A stretch of DNA of 61,694 nucleotides, the filler included, from Nemertoderma westbladi (taxonomy: Eukaryota > Animalia > Xenacoelomorpha): assembly GCA_032718475.1 (NCBI GenBank). It is 3 parts of 3 records of this genome, joined end to end, with 100 filler letters (N's around TTAATTAATTAA, not from the genome) between each part and the next. Parts side by side here need not be neighbours in the genome. Positions count along the whole stretch, not along the records: positions 1 to 24,679 come from JAUCBJ010004936.1; 2 more parts are not named here. One strand, written 5' to 3'. The position numbers and the translations under genes were made by a program. Shown here piece by piece: positions 12,601 through 24,779 of the stretch (the first letter of the stretch is position 1; the number at the start of each line of letters is the position of its first letter). Under the pieces are notes generated by a model, which did not search any database, had not been told where the DNA came from, and saw nothing but the letters and a program-made list of their open reading frames with translations.

Positions 12601-15600
12601 TGTAACATAAACTTACCGGTTACTCTGTAACATAAACTTACCGGTTACACTGTAACATAAACTTACTGGTTACTCTGTAACATAAACTTACTGGTTACTC
12701 TGTAACATAAACTTACTGGTTACTCTGTAACATAAACTTACCCGTTACTCTGTAACATAAACTTACTGGTTACTCTGTAACATAAACTTACCGGTTACAC
12801 TGTAACATAAACTTACTGGTTACTCTGTAACATAAACTTACTGGTTACTCTGTAACATAAACTTACCGGTTACTCTGTAACATAAACTTACCGGTTACAC
12901 TGTAACATAAACTTACCGGTTACACTGTAACATAAACTTACCGGTTACTCTGTAACATAAACTTACCGGTTACTCTGTAACATAAACTTACCGGTTACTC
13001 TGTAACATAAACTTACTGGTTACTCTGTAACATAAACTTACTGGTTACTCTGTAACATAAACTTAACGGTTACTCTGTAACATAAACTTACCGGTTACAC
13101 TGTAACATAAACTTACCGGTTACACTGTAACATAAACTTACCGGTTACACTGTAACATAAACTTACCGGTTACACTGTAACATAAACTTACCGGTTACTC
13201 TGTAACATAAACTTACCGGTTACTCTGTAACATAAACTTACTGGTTACTCTGTAACATAAACTTACCGGTTACTCTGTAACATAAACTTACCGGTTACTC
13301 TGTAACATAAACTTACCGGTTACTCTGTAACATAAACTTACCGGTTACTCTGTAACATAAACTTACTGGTTACTCTGTAACATAAACTTACCGGTTACTC
13401 TGTAACATAAACTTACCGGTTACTCTGTAACATAAACTTACCGGTTACTCTGTAACATAAACTTACCGGTTACTCTGTAACATAAACTTACCGGTTACTC
13501 TGTAACATAAACTTACCAGTTACACTGTAACATAAACTTACCGGTTACACTGTAACATAAACTTACCGGTTACTCTGTAACATAAACTTACCGGTTACTC
13601 TGTAACATAAACTTACTGGTTACTCTGTAACATAAACTTACTGGTTACTCTGTAACATAAACTTACCGGTTACTCTGTAACATAAACTTACCGGTTACTC
13701 TGTAACATAAACTTACCGGTTACTCTGTAACATAAACTTACCGGTTACACTGTAACATAAACTTACCGGTTACACTGTAACATAAACTTACCGGTTACTC
13801 TGTAACATAAACTTACCGGTTACTCTGTAACATAAACTTACTGGTTACTCTGTAAAATAAACTTACCGGTTACTCTGTAACATAAACTTACCGGTTACTC
13901 TGTAACATAAACTTACCGGTTACTCAGTAACATAAACTTACCGGTTACTCTGTAACATAAACTTACTGGTTACTCTGTAACATAAACTTACCGGTTACTC
14001 TGTAACATAAACTTACCGGTTACTCTGTAACATAAACTTACCGGTTACTCTGTAACATAAACTTACCGGTTACTCTGTAACATAAACTTACCGGTTACAC
14101 TGTAACATAAACTTACCGGTTACACTGTATCATAAACTTAGCGGTTACTACTAGGATCGGCATGCTGCATTGCAGCTGCATTTTTAAGAATGCTGTGCCG
14201 GCTTGTCAACAAAATTGCACCGCCACAACTCCCTATCACCCATGACATTTGCTAGATCATCCGCATCTTTAAGGCCAGTGTCCTTTAAGATGCGTCTCAA
14301 GAAAGTCATGGGCTGTCCACCATGCTTATTCACTCCATGAGGCTGCCAAAGTACAAGATTATGCACTGGCTGGTCCTCACGGCGAAAGCAATGTCCTGCA
14401 AAGCGGAGGCGATTTTGTTCTAGTGTCAAGCTTGGGGGAACCAATGAGACACCTCCAATGTTATATAGTGTCTGGTTGGAGATGTGTGCATTGTACTTGA
14501 CACAATGTACCCGGCGTAGCATTCTTGTGAATGTGCCATCCAGAGATTTGGTGTCCTCAGCAGTTAGAGCCCAGCATGGACTCCCGTAGAGGAGTACTGG
14601 AACTACTGCTGCTCTAAATAATCGGACCTTAAGTTTCCGATTAATTCTAGGTGACTTCCAAATCCTGGAAAGCCTATTCAAGGCTGCCCATGCCTTTCCC
14701 TTACGTATTCGAAGGTCCTCACCTGACTTCCGGATCCATGATCCCAGGTAACAGAAGTCGTCCACATGCTCAAGCATACCATCCTTTGAGCTTATGCTCA
14801 TCCGATCAGAGACTTGCTGAGGACTTTCAAAGTTAACTGTCAGAATTTTGGTCTTTCTGGAGTTAATAAAAAGACCAACACTAGAAGCAGCATGTTCTAA
14901 TGAGCTGAGGAGCCGCTGGGCTCCCTCTAATGATTCTGAGAGTACTCCTAAGTCATCAGCAAAGTCTAGATCAGTTAGGTACTTGTCAGGATTTCCTCGA
15001 CTTCTGGAGCCAGTAGGTGGAGTTATCATCACCCCATCATCATTATGATGATCTAAGGACATGCGTAGAACATAGTCAACCACAATAATGAACAAGAATG
15101 GTGCAAGTGTGTCTCCTTGGAGGACGCCCCATAACACTTCGAATGGTTCTGTGTCACCGTCAACAGTAGACACAAATGTTGTCGAACCATCGTATACTGA
15201 TCTGATTGCTGCAATAATTTCATCAGGAATCCCATATAATGAAAGTATGCTGAACATACGTGAGCGAGAGACTGAATCAAAGGCCTTGAAGAAGTCAACA
15301 AAGATAACAGCCAGATGCCTGTCTTTCTTACCGGTTACTCTGTAACATAAACTTACCGGTTACTCTGTAACATAAACTTACTGGTTACTCTGTAACATAA
15401 ACTTACCAGTTACTCTGTAACATAAACTTACCGGTTACTCTGTAACATAAACTTACCGGTTACTCTGTAACATAAACTTACAGGTTACTCTGTAACATAA
15501 ACTTACTGGTTACTCTGTAACATAAACTTACCGGTTACTCTGTAACATAAACTTACCGGTTACTCTGTAACATAAACTTACCGGTTACTCTGTAACATAA

Positions 15601-17920
15601 ACTTACCGGTTACACTGTAACATAAACTTACCGGTTACACTGTAACATAAACTTACCGGTTACTCTGTAACATAAACTTACTGGTTACTCTGTAACATAA
15701 ACTTACCGGTTACTCTGTAACATAAACTTACCGGTTACTCTGTAACATAAACTTACCGGTTACACTGTAACATAAACTTACTGGTTACTCTGTAACATAA
15801 ACTTACCGGTTACTCTGTAACATAAACTTACTGGTTACTCTGTAACATAAACTTACTGGTTACACTGTAACATAAACTTACTGGTTACTCTGTAACATAA
15901 ACTTACCGGTTACTCTGTAACATAAACTTACCGGTTACACTGTAACATAAACTTACCGGTTACTCTGTAACATAAACTTACTGGTTACTCTGTAACATAA
16001 ACTTACTGGTTACACTGTAACATAAACTTACCGGTTACTCTGTAACATAAACTTACCGGTTACTCTGTAACATAAACTTACCGGTTACTCTGTAACATAA
16101 ACTTAACGGTTACTCTGTAACATTAACTTACCGGTTACACTGTAACATAAACTTACCCGCTACTCTGTAACATAAACTTACCGGTTACACTGTAACATAA
16201 ACTTACCGGTTACACTGTAACATAAACTTACCGGTTACTCTGTAACATAAACTTACCGGTTACTCTGTAACCTAAACTTACCGGTTACTCTGTAACATAA
16301 ACTTACCGGTTACACTGTAACATAAACTTACCGGTTACTCTGTAACATAAACTTACCGGTTACTCTGTAACATAAACTTACCGGTTACTCTGTAACATAA
16401 ACTTACTGGTTACTCTGTAACATAAACTTACCGGTTACTCTGTAACATAAACTTACTGGTTACTCTGTAACATAAACTTACTGGTTACTCTGTAACATAA
16501 ACTTACCGGTTACTCTGTAACATAAACTTACTGTTTACACTGTAACATAAACTTACCGGTTACTCTGTAACATAAACTTACCGGTTACTCTGTAACATAA
16601 ACTTACCGGTTACACTGTAACATAAACTTACCGGTTACTCTGTAACATAAACTTACCGGTTACACTGTAACATAAACTTACTGGTTACTCTGTAACATAA
16701 ACTTACCGGTTACTCTGTAACATAAACTTACTGGTTACACTGTAACATAAACTTACTGGTTCCTCTGTAACATAAACTTACCGGTTACTCTGTAACATAA
16801 ACTTACTGGTTTCTCTGTAACATAAACTTACTGGTTACTCTGTAACATAAACTTACCGGTTACTCTGTAACATAAACTTACTGGTTACACTGTAACATAA
16901 ACTTACCGGTTACTCTGTAACATAAACTTACCGGTTACACTGTAACATAAACTTACTGGTTCCTCTGTAACATAAACTTACCGGTTACTCTGTAACATAA
17001 ACTTACCGGTTACTCTGTAACATAAACTTACCGGTTACACTGTAACATAAACTTACCGGTTACTCTGTAACATAAACTTACCGGTTACACTGTAACATAA
17101 ACTTACTGGTTACTCTGTAACATAAACTTACTGGTTACTCTGTAACATAAACTTACTGGTTACTCTGTAACATAAACTTACCCGTTACTCTGTAACATAA
17201 ACTTACTGGTTACTCTGTAACATAAACTTACCGGTTACTCTGTAACATAAACTTACCGGTTACTCTGTAACATAAACTTACTGGTTACACTGTAACATAA
17301 ACTTACTGGTTACTCTGTAACATAAACTTACTGGTTACACTGTAACATAAACTTACTGGTTACTCTGTAACATAAACTTACCGGTTCCTCTGTAACATAA
17401 ACTTACTGGTTACTCTGTAACATAAACTTACTGGTTACTCTATAACATAAACTTACCGGTTACACTGTAACATAAACTTACCGGTTACTCTGTAACATAA
17501 ACTTACCGGTTACACTGTAACATAAACTTACCGGTTACTCTGTAACATAAACTTACTGGTTACTCTGTAACATAAACTTACCGGTTCCTCTGTAACATAA
17601 ACTTACTGGTTACTCTGTAACATAAACTTACTGGTTACTCTGTAACATAAACTTACCGGTTACTATGTAACATAAACTTACCGGTTACTATGTAACATAA
17701 ACTTACTGGTTACTCTGTAACATAAACTTACTGGTTACTCTGTAACATAAACTTACTGGTTACTCTGTAACATAAACTTACCGGTTACTATGTAACATAA
17801 ACTTACTGGTTACTCTGTAACATAAACTTACCGGTTACACTGTAACATAAACTTACCGGTTACTCTGTAACATAAACTTACCGGTTACTCTGTAACATAA
17901 ACTTACCGGTTACTCTGTAA
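9675..17920. repeat. 25-bp minisatellite, ~280 copies, filling the intron up to the acceptor; interrupted by an RTE
   Basis: Unit tgtaacataaacttac(c/t)ggttactc; gene strand agtaacc(g/a)GTAAGTttatgttacAG; the last AG is the real acceptor. Confidence 0.97.
14150..15326 (-). mobile_element. 5'-truncated RTE-clade non-LTR retrotransposon with an intact RT C-terminal ORF
   Basis: Open frame FVDFFKAFDSV...GVLQGDTLAPFLF...DLDFADDL...FCYLGS to the stop at 14184; short 3' UTR ending TAGTAGT; 13-bp TSD ctta(g/c)cggttact at 14137-14149 / 15327-15339. Confidence 0.93.
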
Positions 17921-17935
17921 GGGAAAGTTGCTAAC

Positions 17936-18149
17936 CTGCGAACAACAGAAAGTTGAGTACAACTAGTTGGTAGAGAGAATGTCCCAGAATGTTCTTCATC
18001 ATTGTTCGACTGATCAGCGGCTTGGTTCTCCCGTAGGGTTTACGTTCCAGTAGCGCGGGAGTGGGGGGCTCGGTTGCCAGGGCCAACGAGGCCAGAGTGT
18101 CCATGATGAGGTTAACCCAAAGCATCTGGACGGCCTTCAACGGAGTTTC
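17936..18149 (-). CDS. ATP2B: PMCA exon (TM6-TM7)
   Basis: tttcag|GAAACTCCG...TTCGCAG|gttagc; 214 nt; [30 protein letters not shown]. Confidence 0.97.
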
Positions 18150-18157
18150 CTGAAATA

Positions 18158-19219
18158 CAGACGTTATAGAACAATGGTAGTAAAACGGTTACTGTAGTAA
18201 CCAGATGATATAGAACAATGGTAGTAAAACGGTTACTGTAGTAACCAGACGTTATAGAACAATGGTAGTAAAACGGTTACTGTAGTAACCAGACGTTATA
18301 GAACAATGGTAGTAAAACGGTTACTGTAGTAACCAGACGTTATAGAACAATGGTAGTAAAACGGTTACTGTAGTAACCAGACGTTATAGAACAATGGTAG
18401 TAAAACGGTTACTGCAGTAACCAGACGTTATAGAACAATGGTAGTAAAACGGTTACTGTAGTAACCAGACGTTATAGAACAATGGTAGTAAAACGGTTAC
18501 TGTAGTAACCAGACGTTATAGAACAATGGTAGTAAAACGGTTACTGTAGTAACCAGATGATATAGAACAATGGTAGTAAATCGGTTACTGTAGTAACCAG
18601 ACGTTATAGAACAATGGTAGTAAAACGGTTACTGTAGTAACCAGACGTTATAGAACAATGGTAGTAAAACGGTTACTGTAGTAACCAGACGTTATAGAAC
18701 AATGGTAGTAAAACGGTTACTGTAGTAACCAGATGATATAGAACAATGGTAGTAAAACGGTTACTGTAGTAACCAGACGTTATAGAACAATGGTAGTAAA
18801 ACGGTTACTGTAGTAACCAGATGATATAGAACAATGGTAGTAAAACGGTTACTGTAGTAACCAGACGTTATAGAACAATGGTAGTAAAACGGTTACTGTA
18901 GTAACCAGACGTTATAGAACAATGGTAGTAAAACGGTTACTGTCGTAACCAGACGTTATAGAACAATGGTAGTAAAACGGTTACTGTAGTAACCAGATGA
19001 TATAGAACAATGGTAGTAAAACGGTTACTGTAGTAACCAGACGTTATAGAACAATGGTAGTAAAACGGTTACTGTAGTAACCAGACGTTATAGAACAATG
19101 GTAGTAAAACGGTTACTGTAGTAACCAGACGTTATAGAACAATGGTAGTAAAACGGTTACTGTAGTAACCAGACGTTATAGAACAATGGTAGTAAAACGG
19201 TTACTGTAGTAACCAGACG
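18158..19219. repeat. 44-bp minisatellite, ~24 copies, occupying nearly the whole intron 18150-19236
   Basis: Unit cagacgttatagaacaatggtagtaaaacggttactgtagtaac. Confidence 0.97.
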
Positions 19220-19236
19220 ATACAGATTAAACTCAC

Positions 19237-19623
19237 CCCAATACCACAGGCACCAATGATCGTCAAGGTAACAGCGACCACATTGACTGTCAACTGGAAC
19301 TGAAGGAATTTGGCTATCGAATCGTAAACATTCCGGCCCCACATAACGGCCTTTACGATGCTGGTAAAGTTATCGTCCGTGAGTATAATATCCGAGGCCT
19401 CTTTGGCTACGTCGGTTCCTGCGATACCCATAGCGAAACCAACATCGGCCTTCTTGAGAGCGGGTCCGTCGTTGGTACCGTCTCCCGTAACGGCTACAAC
19501 CTCGCGGTTCTTGCAGAGCTTAGAGTCCATAATGGCCTTGACGAGGGTGTGTTTGTCGGTGGGAGAAGAGCGGGCCAACACGCGAAGTTTGGGCCAAACC
19601 TTGTCCAATAGTTCCTGGTCGAT
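19237..19623 (-). CDS. ATP2B: PMCA exon (P-domain hinge and TM5)
   Basis: ctgtag|ATCGACCAG...ATTGGG|gtgagt; 387 nt; [70 protein letters not shown]. Confidence 0.98.
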
Positions 19624-19730
19624 CTACAGGTGCAAAATAGAAATATTGTACAAATATCCCAAATAGATGGATCAATATCCAGGTATTGGGATAACAAACA
19701 GATAACAACTATTATTGGATAACAACTCAC

Positions 19731-19910
19731 CAGCCCTTGTTGGTTGCGAATCCGTCTGTTGAATTCCTTTCCATCTAGAACCAAGAAGTCGTCTCCCGGT
19801 TTAATAATGCCGCATTGTGTAGAGATTGACCGCGCTGTGTTTATGTTATCCCCAGTAACCATGCGAACAGTGAGGCCGGCTCTCTGGCATTGTATAATGG
19901 CCGCCGGAAC
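19731..19910 (-). CDS. ATP2B: PMCA exon (TGD motif)
   Basis: gaatag|GTTCCG...GGGCTG|gtgagt; 180 nt; [29 protein letters not shown]...[10 protein letters not shown]. Confidence 0.97.
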
Positions 19911-19959
19911 CTATTCAATAAATATTGAGTTTATTATTTTATTAGAAAATGGATCCTGG

Positions 19960-22900
19960 ACTGGATCCTGTATTCCATAACAAACTGACCTCCGGTCTCA
20001 CTGGATCCTGTATTATATAACAAACTAACCTCCGGTCTCACTGGATCCTGTATTCCATAACAAACTACCCTCCGGTCTCACTGGATCCTGTATTCCATAA
20101 CAAACTAACCTCCGGTCTCTCTGGATCCTGTATCCATAACAAACTAACCTCCGGTCTCACTGGATCCTGTATTTCATAACAAACTAACCTCCGGTCTCAC
20201 TGGATCCTGTATTCCATAGCAAACTAACCTCCGGTCTCACTGGATCCTGTATTCCATAACAAACTAACCTCCGGTCTCACTGGATCCTGTATTCCATAAC
20301 AAACTAACCTCCGGTCTCACTGGATCCTGTATTCCATAACAAACTAACCTCCGGTCTCACTGGATCCTGTATTCCATAACAAACTAACCTCCGGTCTCAC
20401 TGGATCCTGTATTCCATAACAAACTAACCTCCGGTCTCACTGGATCCTGTATTCCATAGCAAACTAACCTCCGGTCTCACCGGATCCTGTATTCCATAAC
20501 AAACTAACCTCCGGTCTCACTGGATCCTGTATTCCATAACAAACTAACCTTCGGTCTCACTGGATCCTGTATTCCATAACAAACTAACCTCCGGTCTCAC
20601 TGGATCCTGTATTCCATAACAAACTAACCTCCGGTCTCACTGGATCCTGTATTCCATAACAAACTGACCTCCGGTCTCGCTGGATCCTGTATTACATAAC
20701 AAACTAACCTCCGGTCTCACTGGATCCTGTATTCCATAACAAACTAACCTCCGGTCTCACTGGATCCTGTAATCCATAACAAACTAACCTCCGGTCTCTC
20801 TGGATCCTGTATCCATAACAAACTAACCTTCGGTCTCACTGGATCCTGTATTTCATAACAAACTAACCTCCGGTCTCACTGGATCCTGTATGCCATAGCA
20901 AACTAACCTCCGGTCTCACTGGATCCTGTATTCCATAACAAACTAACCTCCGGTCTCACTGGATCCTGTATTCCATAACAAACTAACCTCCGGTCTCACT
21001 GGATCCTGTATTCCATAACAAACTAACCTCCGGTCTCACTGGATCCTGTATTCCATAACAAACTAACCTCCGGTCTCACTGGATCCTGTATTCCATAACA
21101 AACTAACCTCCGGTCTCACTGGATCCTGTATTCCATAGCAAACTAACCTCCGGTCTCACCGGATCCTGTATTCCATAAAAAACTAACCTCCGGTCTCACT
21201 GGATCCTGTATTCCATAACAAACTAACCTTCGGTCTCACTGGATCCTGTATTCCATAACAAACTAACCTCCGGTCTCACTGGATCCTGTATTCCATAACA
21301 AACTAACCTCCGGTCTCACTGGATCCTGTATTCCATAACAAACTAACCTCCGGTCTCACTGGATCCTGTATTCCATAACAAACTAACCTCCGGTCTCACT
21401 GGATCCTGTATTCCATAACAAACTAACCTCCCGTCTCACTGGATCCTGTATTCCATAACAAACTAACCTCCGGTCTCACTGGATCCTGTATTCCATAACA
21501 AACTAACCTCCGGTCTCACTGGATCCTGTATTCCATAACAAACTAACCTCCGGTCTCACTGGATCCTGTATTCCATAACAAACAAACCTCCGGTCTCACT
21601 GGATCCTGTATTCCATAACAAACTAACCTCCGGTCTCACTGGAACCTGTATTCCATAACAAACTAACCTCCGGTCTCACTGGATCCTGTATTACATAGCA
21701 AACTAACCTCCGGTCTCACTGGATCCTGTATTCCATAGCAAACTAACCTCCGGTCTCACTGGATCCTGTATTCCATAACAAACTAACCTCCGGTCTCACT
21801 GGATCCTGTATTCCATAGCAAACTAACCTCCGGTCTCACTGGATCCTATATTCCATAACAAACTAACCTCCGGTCTCACTGGATCCTATATTCCATAACA
21901 AACTAACCTCCGGTCTCACTGGATCCTGTATTCCATAACAAACTAACCTCCGGTCTCACTAGATCCTGTATTCCATAGCAAACTAACCTCCGGTCTCACT
22001 GGATCCTGTATTCCATAACAAACTAACCTCCGGTCTCACTGGATCCTGTATTCCATAACAAACTAACTTCCGGTCTTACTGGATCCTGTATTCCATAACA
22101 AACTAACCTCCGGTCTCACTGGATCATGTATTCCATAACAAACTAACCTCCGGTCTCACTGGATCCTGTATTCCATAACAAACTAACCTCCGGTGTCACT
22201 GGATCCTGTATTCCATAGCAAACTAACCTCCGGTCTCACTGGATCCTGTATTCCATAACAAACTAACCTGCGGTCTCACTGGATCCTGTATTCCATAACA
22301 AACTAACCTTCGGTCTCACTGGATCCTGTATTCCATAACAAACTAACCTCCGGTCTCACTGGATCCTGTATTCCATAACAAACTAACCTCCGGTCTCACT
22401 GGATCCTGTATTCCATAACAAACTAACCTCCGGTCTCACTGGATCCTGTATTCCATAACAAACTAACCTCCGGTCTCACTGGATCCTGTATTCCATAACA
22501 AACTAACCTCCGGTCTCACGGGATCCTGTATTCCATAACTAACTAACCTCCGGTCTCACTGGATCCTGTATTCCATAACAAACTAACCTCCGGTCTCACT
22601 GGATCCTGTATTCCATAACAAACTAACCTCCGGTCTCACTGGATCCTGTATTCCATAACAAACTAACCTCCGGTCTCACTGGATCCTGTATTCCATAACA
22701 AACTAACCTCCGGTCTCACTGGAACCTGTATTCCATAACAAACTAACCTCCGGTCTCACTGGATCCTGTATTCCATAGCAAACTAACCTCCGGTCTCACT
22801 GGATCCTGTATTCCATAACAAACTAACCTCCGGTCTCACTGGATCCTGTATTCCATAGCAAACTAACCTCCGGTCTCACTGGATCCTATATTCCATAACA

Positions 22901-23654
22901 AACTAACCTCCGGTCTCACTGGATCCTGTATTCCATAACAAACTAACCTCCGGTCTCACTGGATCCTGTATTCCATAACAAACTAACCTCCGGTCTCACT
23001 GGATCCTGTATTCCATAACAAACTAACCTCCGGTCTCACTGGATCCTGTATTCCATAACAAACTAACCTCCGGTCTCACTGGATCCTGTATTCCATAACA
23101 AACTAACCTCCGGTCTTACTGGATCCTGTATTCCATAACAAACTAACCTCCGGTCTCACTGGATCCTGTATTCCATAACAAACTAACCTCCGGTCTCACT
23201 GGATCCTGTATTCCATAACAAACTAACCTCCGGTCTCACTGGATCCTGTATTCCATAACAAACTAACCTCCGGTCTCACTGGATCCTGTATTCCATAACA
23301 AACTAACCTTCGGTCTCACTGGATCCTGTATTCCATAACAAACTAACCTCCGGTCTCACTGGATCCTGTATTCCATAACAAACTAACCTCCGGTCTCACT
23401 GGATCCTGTATTCCATAACAAATAACCTCCGGTCTCACTGGATCCTGTATTCCATAACAAACTAACCTCCGGTCTCACTGGATCCTGTATTCCATAACAA
23501 ACTAACCTCCGGTCTCACTGGATCCTGTATTTCATAACAAACTAACCTCCGGTCTCACTGGATCCTGTATTCCATAACAAACTAACCTCCGGTCTCACTG
23601 GATCCTGTATTCCATAACAAACTAACCTCCGGTCTCACTGGATCCTGTATTCCA
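19960..23654. repeat. 40-bp minisatellite, ~92 copies, each holding the last 28 nt of the exon plus the 5' splice site
   Basis: Gene-strand unit TGGAATACAGGATCCAGTGAGACCGGAG|gttagtttgtta (GIQDPVRPE|donor). Confidence 0.97.
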
Positions 23655-23788
23655 CAAATACAAATACAAGTTAGATCGCTGATACAATTCGTTTCGTCTT
23701 CGAAGTCGGGAACTTCATCGAAGTCTCGGTAGGCGACGCAAATGGTTCGGAGTCCGTTGCAAGCCATCGGCTCAATAACAGAGTTCAA
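23627..23788 (-). CDS. ATP2B: PMCA exon (end of N-domain); 5'-most exon visible, gene 5'-incomplete
   Basis: ctttgcag|TTGAAC...CCGGAG|gttagt; 162 nt; [20 protein letters not shown]...GIQDPVRPE. Confidence 0.95.
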
Positions 23789-23931
23789 CTGCAAAGGTAC
23801 AAGGAAACAATAAATACATTATAGACTCAACAGATAATGAAACCAAAGTAACCGTCGAATTTCACAAGGATCGAAATGCTAAACCGACCTAATAAATACT
23901 CTGTTTATAATTAGAACTCTATGACCCTTTT

Positions 23932-24679
23932 ACTCCATTACTAACCATAACATCTTTATCCCCCTAGACTCCATTACTAACCATAACATCTTTATCCCCC
24001 TAGACTCCATTACTAACCATAACATCTTTATCCCCCTAGACTCCATTACTAACCATAACATCTTTATCCTCCTAGACTCCATTACTAACCATAACATCTT
24101 TATCCCCCTAGACTCCATTACTAACCATAACATCTTTATCCCCCTAGACTCCATTACTAACCATAACATCTTTATCCCCCTAGACTCCATTACTAACCAT
24201 AACATCTTTATCCCCCTAGACTCCATTACTAACCATAACATCTTTATCCCCCTAGACTCCATTACTAACCATAACATCTTTATCCCCCTAGACTCCATTA
24301 CTAACCATAACATCTTTATCCCCCTAGACTCCATTACTAACCATAACATCTTTATCCCCCTAGACTCCATTACTAACCATAACATCTTTATCCCCCTAGA
24401 CTCCATTACTAACCATAACATCTTTATCCCCCTAGACTCCATTACTAACCATAACATCTTTATCCCCCTAGACTCCATTACTAACCATAACATCTTTATC
24501 CCCCTAGACTCCATTACTAACCATAACATCTTTATCCCCCTAGACTCCATTACTAACCATAACATCTTTATCCCCCTAGACTCCATTACTAACCATAACA
24601 TCTTTATCCCCCTAGACTCCATTACTAACCATAACATCTTTATCCACCCTAGACTCCATTACTAACCATAACATCTTTA
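23932..24679. repeat. 36-bp minisatellite, at least 20 copies, running into the gap
   Basis: Unit ctagactccattactaaccataacatctttatcccc; gene strand GGGGATAAAGATGTTATG|gttagtaatggagtctag. Confidence 0.97.
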
Positions 24680-24779
24680 NNNNNNNNNNNNNNNNNNNNN
24701 NNNNNNNNNNNNNNNNNNNNNNNTTAATTAATTAANNNNNNNNNNNNNNNNNNNNNNNNNNNNNNNNNNNNNNNNNNNN
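24680..24779. other. Assembly spacer
   Basis: 44 N + TTAATTAATTAA (stops in all six frames) + 44 N = 100 bp; identical to 46532-46631. Confidence 0.97.

Noticed and set aside
23930-24637. 235-aa (MLWLVMESRGIK)n ORF
   Set aside because: A stop-free frame of a 36-bp repeat; the informative frame is the PMCA one (GDKDVM)
893-24679. Tandem arrays as CRISPR arrays
   Set aside because: Units are contiguous with no unique spacers, there are no cas genes, and the context is spliceosomal introns
24724-24735. TTAATTAATTAA palindrome as a biological site
   Set aside because: Centred in identical 100-bp N spacers twice; an artificial six-frame stop linker
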